This document shows, one piece after another, positions 53,801 through 63,980 of a stretch of DNA of 64,000 nucleotides; the first letter of the stretch is position 1, and each line of letters begins with the position of its first letter. The position numbers and the translations under genes are program-made. The notes beneath the pieces are model-generated. The model had not been told where the DNA came from. It saw only the letters and a list, made by a program, of their open reading frames with translations, and searched no databases. The DNA is from Eledone cirrhosa (lineage: Eukaryota): positions 354,330,001 through 354,394,000 of the forward strand of contig OZ024740.1 in NCBI GenBank assembly GCA_964016885.1, given 5' to 3'.

Positions 53801-55215
53801 TTGCCCTTCAGGCTATAACAGAGGAGTTCAAGACAGGCTGCCCATGGGAACTCCTATACGCAGACGACCTGACACTCATAGCGGAATCAATGGCCGAGCT
53901 AGAGAAGAAATTCCAAACATGGAAGCACGGCCTAGAGTCAAAAGGACTTAAAATTAACCTGGCTAAGACCAAAGTACTAGTTTGTAGGAAAGAAAACAAG
54001 GCGGCGGTCCCTTCTGGGAAATGGTCGTGCTCGGTGTGTAGGAAAGGCGTAGGTAGAAACTCCATTTTATGTCCTAAATGCAAAGTATGGGTGCATAAAA
54101 GATGTAGTGGGATCACAGGTAAGCTAACTAAGAACATAGATTTTACATGTGGCCGGTGCTCTGGTGCAATAAGTAGCAGCAAGTGCCCACAAAATACTAG
54201 CTCTTTCAATTGCGCAGAGGGTTCTATAGAAATAGTGGACAGCTTCCGTTACCTGGGCGATAAAATCAGCAGTGGGGGAGGGTGCTCTGAAAGTACTGTA
54301 GCTAGAGTCAGAACTGGTTGGAAAAAGTTCAGAGAGCTTATACCACTATTAGCTGCTAAAGGGTTCTCACTAAAAATGAAAGGCAGGTTGTACGATGCCT
54401 GCATACGAACAGCAATGCTGCATGGCAGTGAGACCTGGGCATTGTGTGCAGAGGATATACGCAGACTAGAGAGGAACGAAGCTTGCATGCTCCGCTGGAT
54501 GTGTAACAGTAATATACGTGAACGGCAAAGCATAAACGAACTAAGGAAAAAATTAGAGATAAGAGGGATCAGATGTTGTTTACTCGAGAGAAGGCTACGT
54601 TGGTATGGACACGTGATGCGCATGAAAGTCGATAGCTGTATAACAAAGTGCAGGGCAATAAAGATAGACGGTAGTCACGGAATAGGCAGACCTAGAAAAA
54701 CCTGGGACGAGCTGATAAACTCCGACATCACACACTTACACCTCTCCAAGACAATGTCACTGGACCGAGACCTTTGGCGGTACTCAGTAACAGAGAAGAC
54801 CCGCCTTACCTAAATATATAGTAAAACCTACTCCAGCCAGTAGGCATCTCTAACAAAATACACCCCGTCCCACCAGCACCACCACCCCCACCCCATCCAC
54901 ACCACCCCGTTCTATGTAAAGTTATGTTGGTGCCGCGCCATCGAGGCCGAAACAAATGAGATCGTGTAGGTGTCACGACAAAAAAACACACAGTCCACGC
55001 TGTAATGTGGCCGTGTAGGCAACACGGTAAAAACCTCCCAGACCCACACTGTAAATGTGGTTGGTGTTAGGAAGGGCATCCAACTGTAGAAAACCTGCCA
55101 GACAGTCCTATGCGAGCAAGACAATCACTCTTGCCTCAAGTGGGACTACCCCCGTCCAAACCCATGCAAGCGTGGAACACGGACGTTAAACGTTGATGAT
55201 GATGATGATGATGAT
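50829..55215 (+). mobile_element. Apparently full-length RTE LINE, antisense to the ABCA gene (5' boundary uncertain)
   Basis: Single ORF, ~400-nt 3' UTR ending ggacgttaaacgtt(GAT)n; (TA)n tracts at 50816-50829 and from ~55215; repeated 5' region. Confidence 0.85.
51646..54813 (+). CDS. RTE-clade LINE polyprotein: AP endonuclease + reverse transcriptase with inserted PHD finger
   Basis: Uninterrupted ORF (51550..54813; in-frame ATGs at 51583 and 51646). APE motifs TINVGTL, IQETRW, AYAPQ, GDLNGHVG, QVDYIL, SQHR; RT motifs NYRGIKL, QFGF, FVDLEKAFD, GVHQGSVLSP, YADD (53857), FRYLG; RTE C-terminus RLRWYGHV..GRPRKTW. Confidence 0.96.
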   Translation: MPKIKTNSPLGRECEHSLFRPRTANITPSPPAPHRPQPPNAIQNFRVGTINVGTLKGRANEVVEMLERKEVDVCCIQETRWRGGSARFIEGKKRCYKLFWVGNDDGLGGVGIMVAEKWADKIIDVNRVNDRIIKIRLVLNRTTVTVISAYAPQSGLPGTIKDRFYETLMLTTSQISDSDYIIIAGDLNGHVGQHCDGYDEIHGGYGFGTRNEEGSRILEFCDANNLTICNTNFKKRDNHLITYRSGEHTSQVDYILTRRRDRVSVVNTKSLPHEECTSQHRLIISDLIVRTRRTRQQKRTILRRKIWKLKDPTARNKFQSILLDAFDSKEEHLESDNIEGEWEFLKANLLLATDEVCGWSRPVGRRRVTWWWNSKVEGSIKAKKQAWKVWRVGGSREDYQVARREARRQVYLARREAEERKFKHVLQRDDQKREVFRIARQCVKENRDIVGEKCVLNDDGTLAITDADKKVAWKCHYERLLNEENKWEKDSLPHIDPIEGPAVLVEGSIISKAIKDMKTGKAAGPSEIVAEMLKASGTVGHTMVTRIVNQVVQNGVVPKDWHSSIIVNCYKGKGDALDRSNYRGIKLIDQVMKVTEKVIAQLIRERIDLDEMQFGFVSGKSTTDALFIVRQLQEKYLAKGKPLYLAFVDLEKAFDRVPRSIIWWALRKLGVDEWLVRAIQAMYKETVSKVRINNEYSEEFSVKVGVHQGSVLSPLLFIIALQAITEEFKTGCPWELLYADDLTLIAESMAELEKKFQTWKHGLESKGLKINLAKTKVLVCRKENKAAVPSGKWSCSVCRKGVGRNSILCPKCKVWVHKRCSGITGKLTKNIDFTCGRCSGAISSSKCPQNTSSFNCAEGSIEIVDSFRYLGDKISSGGGCSESTVARVRTGWKKFRELIPLLAAKGFSLKMKGRLYDACIRTAMLHGSETWALCAEDIRRLERNEACMLRWMCNSNIRERQSINELRKKLEIRGIRCCLLERRLRWYGHVMRMKVDSCITKCRAIKIDGSHGIGRPRKTWDELINSDITHLHLSKTMSLDRDLWRYSVTEKTRLT

Positions 55216-55343
55216 ATATATATATATATCATCATCATTTAACATACACTTTCCATGCTAGCATGGGTTAGATGGGTTGTCTCATTTGAGGCAAGTTGGG
55301 TCAGGTGACCGTGCCTTGCTCATACAGAACTGTTTCTGGCCAG

Positions 55344-55388
<45 letters not shown>

Positions 55389-55684
55389 AAGAATAGCATT
55401 AAAAAAAAAGATGCTGATATTACATAAATTGTTTATTCATTATAATTATTTTAATGGTTCCCTTATGCATTAAAATAACTATAATGAATAATGTAATATC
55501 AGTATCTCTTTTTTTAATGTTATTCTTTTATATATATATATATAGTGTATGTGATTCAGTGAATTACTGGTGGTGGTACAATATTTATTGTTGGATCACC
55601 AGTCTGAAGAGCAGATAGGTTGATAAACCAAAAAAATCTAAATACATGTAAACAAAACTTCATTTTTATTAATATATATATATT

Positions 55685-56233
55685 GTGAAGGAGAGGCGGT
55701 TGCGCTGGTATGGACATGTGATGCATATGAAGGATGACAGCTGCATAAAAAGGTGCAGAGCACTAGAAGTCGATGGAAACCGCGGAGTGGGGAGACCCAA
55801 GATGACCTGGGATGAGGTGATAAAAGCCGACCTTACCCAATTACACCTCTCAAATGCAATGACACACGACCGTGACCTCTGGCGTCACGCAGTAATACAA
55901 AGTATTATATGAAGCATATAGTATTATATGAAGCATATAGACAATATGCCCCCACACACCCCACCGCAAGGTGGTCGTGGAGGTGCCACGGCAAAAAAGC
56001 ACCCAGCCCACACTGTAAAGTGGACGTGTAGGCGCCACGAAAAAGCATCCAGCACTCACTGTAAATGAGGTTGGTGTTAGGAACGGCATCCAGCTGTAGA
56101 AATCAAGCCAAATCAGTTCCTGTATGAGCAAGGCATGGTCAGCCGACCAGACATTGCCCACAACAGGACAACCCATCTAACCCATGCTAGCGTGGAAGAA
56201 CGGACGTAAAACAGTGATGATGATGATGATGAT
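55685..56233 (+). mobile_element. 5'-truncated RTE of a related subfamily
   Basis: ERRLRWYGHVMHM...GRPKMTWDE..DRDLWR; same 3' UTR motifs; (TA)n on both sides; (GAT)n tail. Confidence 0.9.
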
Positions 56234-56290
56234 ATATATATAAATACATACGTTTGTTATGACCCTCCACAAATATAACAATAAAAAATA

Positions 56291-56341
<51 letters not shown>

Positions 56342-56468
56342 TACTAGGGAGAGGATTAGGGGTGTATAACACTCCACTTATCCAGCAGGCAGTATAAGGT
56401 TAGCTCAATGTCTGAGGACAGAGCCGTGATATAATAAATAACAAAGAACGCCTATAGCATATGCATAT

Positions 56469-56526
56469 CTTTACTTGCTAACATTGTTTCATCCGCACTA
56501 TAAGTGGGACTCATCAGAGCATAAAG
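56469..56526 (-). ncRNA. Minimal type I hammerhead ribozyme (mirror copy, sense to the ABCA pre-mRNA)
   Basis: Reverse complement of 58174-58231; stem I extends to atcttta/taaagat in this copy. Confidence 0.7.
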
Positions 56527-58173
56527 ATTAATTACATACCATACAAGCAATAACAAATCCAAGACATTGAAGAATGAAAAATAATAATAGACGATAAAGG
56601 ATATTAAGGAAGTAAAAGTAAAAATAAAGATAAGAATAAAAATAAAAATAAAAATAAAAATAAGATAATAAAATAAACAATGAAAAATAAGCAATGAAAA
56701 ATAAACAATGAAAAATAAGGGGTGCTATCAGTCACAGTTGGGCGGGGTGCTGTCAACATATAGTTACATACAAGCATACACATGGATAAGAGAATAGACA
56801 AGAGTAGATAAGATAGATGGGATTAGGTAAGAGTAGGTAAAAAATAGGTGAAAAACAGACTTATAATATATATAAGAAAATATAAAGAAATACATAACAA
56901 ACTTACATATAAAATATAAAATATACAGATAATAGTGATACAGGGTAAGGAATGAGATAAAATAATATAAAATTAAAATTAAAATTATATAAAATAGAAC
57001 ATAATATAATATAATCATAAAATAAGATAAAATAAGGTAAACTAAAATCAAATAACATAGACTAAATTAAAATATAATATAAGATATAATTAAATTTATA
57101 ATTAAATGTAATTAAATGTAATTAAATAAATAAAAAAAAATAAATAAATAAATAAATAAATAAATAAAAATTAAATAAATAAATAAAATTAAAATTAAAA
57201 TTTAAATTTAAATAAATAAATAAATAAATGGAGTTAAATAAGTAAATAAATAAAATTAGATAACATGAAATGAAATAATATAAAATAAAATGAAATAAAG
57301 TAAATTGAGATAAGATATATATTTTTTTAGAATATATCTCTTGAATATATCAGGGGCCCACGAAGGCACTAAGTGTCACAGTTATGTGTATCACTTGACC
57401 ATTTTTTAAAAATATATTTCTTGAAAACATCAGGGGCCCACGAAGGCACTAAGTGTCACAGTCACCAGTATCACTTGACCATTGCAAGGCAATGGAGGCG
57501 TCCCAGGTTGGGCAGTCTCAAAAGTTCACTCGAAAGTCGCGGGTGTGCATTCACACAGTTGAGCGGTGGGGTAATCACAAACCGGTTCACACCCGGGCAG
57601 GAGTCCAATGGTCAGAGAGAGGTGCATCGAAGGAAGGTAGAAGAATTCACGTGCATTAGCAAGCTAGGTGCAGGCGGGTTAGCCAAAGCAAGCAGACACA
57701 GTTGTAGCGCATACAAAAGATATATAAAAAGACAGAAGATATATAAAAAATAGCTTCAAGAGCCATTAAGTCACCGCATTGGGACATCACAAGATTGTAC
57801 ACATCAATATGTTCAGCACGTATATGCACATATACACACCACATGCATATGCAGAGACGGTATACATATATATATATATATTTTTTTATATACAGACACA
57901 TACAACCACCAACACCCATACACATATAAATGTATACACGGACACACACGCACACACACACAGCGTAGGACACCCGGGTCAAAGCTAATATTAAACACCG
58001 AAATACCACATTAGACCAGACCCACCACCACAGGTAATACATTCAAAATAAATACATACGATGAGATGTAGTAAAATAAAGTTGAAATCCTACGGAGATA
58101 TTCATGTCCGCACGTGCCATTGCCCGATTCAAGTGTACACAGACTGTTATTGCTTGTATGGTATGTAATTAAC

Positions 58174-58231
58174 CTTTATGCTCTGATGAGTCCCACTTAT
58201 AGTGCGGATGAAACAATGTTAGCAAGTAAAG
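58174..58231 (+). ncRNA. Minimal type I hammerhead ribozyme
   Basis: cttta-tgct CTGATGA gtcc-cact-tat-agtg-c-ggat GAAA c-aat-g T T agca-ag-taaag: both core boxes, stem II, 2-bp stem III, GUU triplet and bulged stem I. Confidence 0.7.
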
Positions 58232-58263
58232 ATATGCATATGCTATAGGCGTTCTTTGTTATT

Positions 58264-58307
<44 letters not shown>

Positions 58308-59184
58308 TGGCTGCCAACTCGTTTTCGAGTACGGCCACTACTTTATATCCATGTAGGAGAACCCCTACCGATGCGCTGAACGAGTGTGACTTAGTCCAGC
58401 CAGCGACTTGAAAACTCTGGTACAAACACTACACTTGTGACAATTATTGACACATAGTGCTGGGCCCATGGTACCATGTGACGACAAGTGCAGAGAGATC
58501 TCCAGATATAAAGCAATGCCTGTGCTGTGAAGCCTTTACAGTGAGCAAAGGCACTGCACAAAGCCAGTCCCACTCTCTTAACCAAGATGATATTTACCAA
58601 AAAGAAGAACAAGGCAACATCATTGGATACCATCAGGGTTGCAGGTGTTATATCAGAGTTTTCCTTCTCCTAGAATTATATATATACATACATATATATA
58701 TACATACATACAAACATACAGGGTACTGGCATGGCCATGTGGTTAAGAAGTTTGCTTCACAACCACATGGTTCTAGTGTCTTCTTTTGTTACTGCAAGCT
58801 GTGAATGAGGAGTTAGTGAAGAGGAAGTAGCTTAAGTGAGAACTGAATCTGTATTGCTGACTCAGCTGGCCATGAACTCACAATTGAATTCATGTGTACA
58901 TGTGGTGTGCATTTATAATGTGTCTTTGTGTTTGCAATCATGAGTATGTGTAAGCATGTGCATGTCTGCATATGTCAGAAATAGCAGTACAAGAGAGAAA
59001 GAAAGCAAAAGAAAATAGAGGGAAAATGTGAGAGAGAATATAAAAATACAAATCAGGAAAAAACCAAAATACTTTAAATATATTGAGATTTGAATATCAT
59101 TAAAATTATGTGCATAAAAGGATAAAACATTCCTACATTATGAGATAGGAATCATAAGTGAGAGATTATGTAATGAATACTAAC

Positions 59185-59361
59185 TTGTCATCTATATAAC
59201 ATGGATAGGGAAATTGTTGTGTATAAACTCCAGAGATAGCATCTTGTCCAGTGAGTTGGCTAATAATAGCATGATCTATCATATCTTGTAAATATATAAA
59301 ACCATGTGTGAAATATTTGAGGTCGGGAAGTGGACGAGCTCGAGCTCCAGGTGTCCACCAC
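59185..59361 (-). CDS. ABCA1: ABCA1-like exon (ECD1 end)
   Basis: gtag|...|gttagt; 177 nt, WWTPGARARPLPDLKYFTHGFIYLQDMIDHAII...GVYTQQFPYPCYIDDK. Confidence 0.95.
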
Positions 59362-60755
59362 CTACAAAGTTCAAAATTATTAATTAGTTATAATGATAAA
59401 GAAATAAAAAAATGAAATCATAAAAAAATGTATGAAATATTCTTTTTTTTTTCTTTTTTAAAAATTTTGATTATAAAATAATTTATGGAAATATAAATTT
59501 ATTAAATATTCTTTTTTTTCTTCTTATTTTAAAGATTTTAATTATAAAATAATTTGTGGAAATATAGATAATATAGATGTACATAGAAATAAAAATATGC
59601 TGAAATTCTGCTTTGTAAACAACAACATCCTGTAATGAGTTAGCATAGGTGAATTGGCAGAGTTGTTATAACGTTGAATAGAATGCTTTATGGTGTTCGT
59701 TCCAGCTTTCTGCCCCCTGAGTTCAAATCCCGTCAAAGTCAACTTTGCTTTTCCTCCTTTCAAGGTCAATAAAAATGTACCAGTCTAGTACTGGGGCCGA
59801 TTCTTCCTCTATATCTCTTTTTCATTCCCTCTTTCTCTGGAAGAAATCTGCTGCATTCCGGCCTGGAGAGGTATGGACTCCACCAGGCTTAAAATGCCCA
59901 AGAAATGCCAATACAGTGTCCCTACGACTCTATCAGGAGTTATGGAACCAAATGTACATACATAATGATTTAGCAGAAAATATCTAAAAAAAATTTAAAT
60001 TCCAGTGTTTAGAGCATCTTTAGTAGTAGATAGATTGTAGTGAAAATGTACAGTAAACCAAACGCTTTAATGTGATGCAATCAGTTTGCTGATTTGTACT
60101 TATCAAGAATGTTTTTCTAATGCAGTTTCAAGTGGTACAGGACATTAAGAGTTAAACAAAATGGCGTCTAACATAGGGTTCATAGGCATCCTGTTACTTA
60201 CAGAGATAATTTGTGTTGCCTTTAGGAATATTTCTTTCCTTTTTTTAGTTTTGTAACTTCATTAGGTCAATAGGGAACATTGAACACCCAGTTTTCATCT
60301 AGTAATGCAAAAGAGAATTTCACTGGAGTCATTTCCCATCACATTTTCCAGCCTCCAAGACAGACTTAGACACAGTATTGTAAGTGTATGAAACACTCAA
60401 CAATTTGAAATGCTACCACTGCTTACAAATATGAACTACCAACAACAGTGACACCTATTTAGAATAAGATTAATCAATTATTGGAGGGTGATAAGGTAGA
60501 AGAATCAGGGAACGCCAGAGGTGAATAATGGGCTTCAAATCTCAGCTACACTTTCGACATAACAATATTCTATTTCAACTAGAATACTTTTCTTGCCCAA
60601 CCCAGTAAATTTACCCCCTCTCTTCTTATCCCCACAAAGTATTTCACCTACCTTCATACCACACTGAACAATTTGCCCAAAACTTTTTTAAATAGCTTTT
60701 TTTTCTTCATTCACCACAAAATTAATAAAATGAAACATCAAAACTGAAAACATAC

Positions 60756-60864
60756 TTATCTCTGATTCTGTGTGTGCTATCAACTTTATCAGCATCCATC
60801 CTTATCTTGTATTTGACATGGGTGGGTAAGCTTTCCGAATCAGGATCAATGTTAAAAACTAAAG
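60756..60864 (-). CDS. ABCA1: ABCA1-like exon (ECD1)
   Basis: ccag|...|gtatg; 109 nt, ALVFNIDPDSESLPTHVKYKIRMDADKVDSTHRIRDK (LPxHVKYKIRMD motif of ABCA1/4/7). Confidence 0.92.
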
Positions 60865-61169
60865 CTGGAAAATAAACAAGTAAAACCAAGTGAGTTTAAA
60901 AATTCCCCAAATATCGGGAGATTAAAGAAACACACATGCAAATAGACACACAAACACACATACATACAAGTATACTTAACCCTTTTGTGACCATATTTTA
61001 AAATAAAATATACTATCAATGGAGTTCAAATAATTTTGAAAATAATCAAGAATTATGAGAGGTTTTTTCAACTTAATAATTATTTCTAATTTAGGCTCAA
61101 GGCCAGCAATTTGTGGAGAGGGAAAAATCGATTATATCTTCCAGACAGAGAAAAGAAGATATGTATGGT

Positions 61170-61450
61170 AGTGGAAACCAACTGCTCAGCAGATGTTAAT
61201 ATAATACCAGTGAATAGAACATTTATGCTGAATTAATGAGGAATCTGCAGATACTCCACCCTGACTATACCTGTAGATTTGTACCTGTGGTCATCAGGGC
61301 TCTGAAATATATTATTAACTGCCTCAGTGTACATCTTGAAAATTTGGGTTTCACAGGACCAGAAAGAGCATGGCTAGCTAGGAAGTTGCAAGTACAGTCC
61401 ATTAATGGAACTGTAAAATTATGTAAAACATTTAAGAAATTCTGCATGTA
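61170..61450 (+). mobile_element. Relic 3' end of a REL-endonuclease non-LTR element (R4/NeSL-like)
   Basis: LQILHPDY..FVPVVIRAL...LENLGF...LQVQSINGTVKLCKTF resembles the P.V.GALG...Q...L.GT C-terminus. Confidence 0.55.
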
Positions 61451-62079
61451 ATAACTGCATATGCATAGACACAGAAACATATGCACATGTACACATATAA
61501 CTCAAAACATACAGATCCACACATGCAATAACATCCATACCTGCACAGAGAGAGAGAGAGACATACAAGCATACATCCATATTTACCTAGCTGTCTACAT
61601 TCCAATGAAATAGTTTTGTTTCTATGTTATAAACCAGCACTCTATTGGTGGAAATTTAATAAAACCAGAAGAACACACATGCATGCATGCATACATAATA
61701 CATTTGCAAACCTTTTTAAAAAATGGACAGAACCACCTATAAAAATCAAACCACATATCTGTTGCATACCAGACATCTGCCTAGACCAGTACACTATGGT
61801 AACCAAACTGTTTAATTGAACAAACTACAAACATTTACCACAATTGCATTCGTTTTGTAGGTGAGGTAGCAGTGACTTAACAACCAGATTTATAAGATGA
61901 TGATGTTTCAGGATATACTTTTAGGTCATCTGTTAAGATCTTGTCAAATTTATCATACATAACACAGAGCCCATGCAAATTTCATGAAAAGCTTAGTCAT
62001 GCATGCAGATAAAATACTCAACAAATCTATGGTTCTCTCAGTTTACATTAACTGGTCATGAAACATTTATATATACACA

Positions 62080-62853
62080 GATGACATGGCAAAAAGCACC
62101 CAGCCCACACTGTAAAGTGGTCATGTAGGTCTCACGACAAAAAGCGCCCAGCCCACACTGTAAAGTGATCGTGTATGTGTCACGACAAATAGCTCCCAGC
62201 CCACACTGTAAAGTGGTTGTGTAGGTGTCATGACAAAAAGCACCTAGCCCACACTGTAAAGTGGCCATGTAGGTTTCACGACAAAAAGCTCCCAGCTCAC
62301 ATTGTAAAGTGGTCATGTAGGTTCCACGACAAAAAGCTCCCAGCCCACACTGTAAAGTTGTTGTGTAGGTGTCATGACAAAAAGCACCCAACCCATACTG
62401 TAAAGTGATCGTGTATGTGTCACGACAAATAGCTCCCAGCCCACACTGTAAAGTGGTTGTGTAGGTGTCATGACAAAAAGCACCTAGCCCACACTGTAAA
62501 GTGGCCATGTAGGTTTCACAACAAAAAGCTCCCAGCTCACACTGTAAAGTGGTCATGTAGGTTCCACGACAAAAAGCTCCCAGCCCACACTGTAAAGTTG
62601 TTGTGTAGGTGTCATGACAAAAAGCACCTAACCCATACTGTAAAGTGATCGTGCTGGTGACAACAAAAAGTACCCAGTACTCAGTGTAAATGAGATTGGT
62701 GTGAGGAAGGGATCCAGCTGTAGAAACCAAGCCAAAATTAGTTCTGTATGTGCAAGATATGGTCACCTGACCAAGCATTGCCCACAACAGGACAACCTGT
62801 CTAACCTATGCTAGTGTGGAAAATTTGACATAAAACGGTGATGATGATGATGA
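62080..62853 (+). repeat. RTE 3' end with expanded 48-bp minisatellite (~13 units, 240-bp higher-order repeat)
   Basis: Unit cagcccacactgtaaagtggtcatgtaggtgtcacgacaaaaagcacc at 62101, 62149, 62197 etc.; 62161-62400 nearly identical to 62401-62640; followed by the RTE tail and (GAT)n. Confidence 0.93.
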
Positions 62854-62974
62854 TTGAAGTCATTAGGAAGTAAAACATCGAAGATATATGATCAATCAAT
62901 CTAAATACTAACAGCAGAGAATTTCACAAGCTGAATTTGAAATAAAAAAATATGAAAATTATAGCAATATTTAC

Positions 62975-63068
62975 CAGCCAACAACGTATCATTCTCAACA
63001 TATTTCAGACTGTCCTTCACCAAGGCAGATTCATTTGCATAAGGTTTGAATTTATCAAAATTGAAATA
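62975..63068 (-). CDS. ABCA1: ABCA1-like transporter, internal exon (ECD1)
   Basis: ttcag|...|gtaaat; 94 nt, YFNFDKFKPYANESALVKDSLKYVENDTLLA; ends in phase 1, matching the next exon. Confidence 0.8.
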
Positions 63069-63839
63069 CTGAAATTTTTTAAAGAGAAAAACAAATAGGA
63101 TGGAATGAATTGATATAAGTGTAAACATATAAATGATCGTCAAATTAAACAATGTGATATTGATGCAATAAAGGGTATTGCTGTTGTTTATTTATATCAA
63201 TTATTTTTAACCCATTAACATTTACATTACTCCATATTTACTATTATATTTTCACAGTAAAGGCTTTACCTTACATAATATCTCACATAATATTGAATTA
63301 ATGAGATTTTGATATTTATTTTGAGAACAATATCTTAACATTAATATAAGAGGTCGTTTACAGCCAGTTTGAACAGAAAGAGATGAGAGAATTCTGGCCA
63401 GATACAGCCAGTTTAAATGCTAAAGAGTTAAACATTTTTCCATAGAAATTAAGGAAAATATATACAACACATTATTTTGAGAATATCTAAGACACATTAA
63501 TTAAATTTTTAGGATTATAAATACATCATAATTTTCTAATGTTGAGAAACAAATAACATCAGAGTTAATACTTTTAATCACATTGCACTAGTTGGAATTG
63601 ATGATATTTCAATTAGCTTTCTTTAATCTGAAGAAGATTTTGACAGAGTACCATGATCTGTAGCCCATTAGTCTTTAAGAAAGTTAGATGTAGATGAATG
63701 ACTTGTGAAGGTAGTGTAAGCTATATACGTAGATTCTGTCAGTCAAGTAAGAATATATGAGTTTAGTGTAGAATACAATGTGCAGAAGTCAGAAGATGAC
63801 TTGTCTAACCTATACAAACATGGAAAAATAGACATAAAA

Positions 63840-63980
63840 ATGATGATGATATTGATAATGATAGTGATGATATTGATGATAATGATGATGATGGTGATGG
63901 TGATGATGATGGTGATGGTGATGGTGATGGTGATGATGATGATGGTGCTGGTGATGATGATGATGATGATGATGATTGAT
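63840..63980. repeat. (GAT/GGT)n microsatellite, probably an expanded RTE tail
   Basis: Preceded by ctaacctatacaaacatggaaaaatagacataaaaa, similar to the RTE 3' end. Confidence 0.8.

Larger units (their letters stand above)
56429..58271. mobile_element. Non-coding element with 127-bp inverted termini carrying hammerhead ribozymes (Penelope-like pLTR derivative)
   Basis: 56429-56555 is the reverse complement of 58145-58271 with one mismatch; interior is AT-rich with no convincing ORF. Confidence 0.7.

Noticed and set aside
51808-54623. Several minus-strand ORFs overlapping the LINE
   Set aside because: Shadow ORFs of the RTE coding strand with no recognisable motifs
57373-57753. 126-aa ORF inside the hammerhead element
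   Set aside because: Non-ATG start inside a tandem duplication; no RT or GIY-YIG motifs recognised
62056-62787. 243-aa Cys-rich repeat ORF or CRISPR-like array
   Set aside because: It is the translation of a 48-bp tandem repeat from an RTE 3' UTR; there are no unique spacers and no cas genes, and the context is a eukaryotic intron
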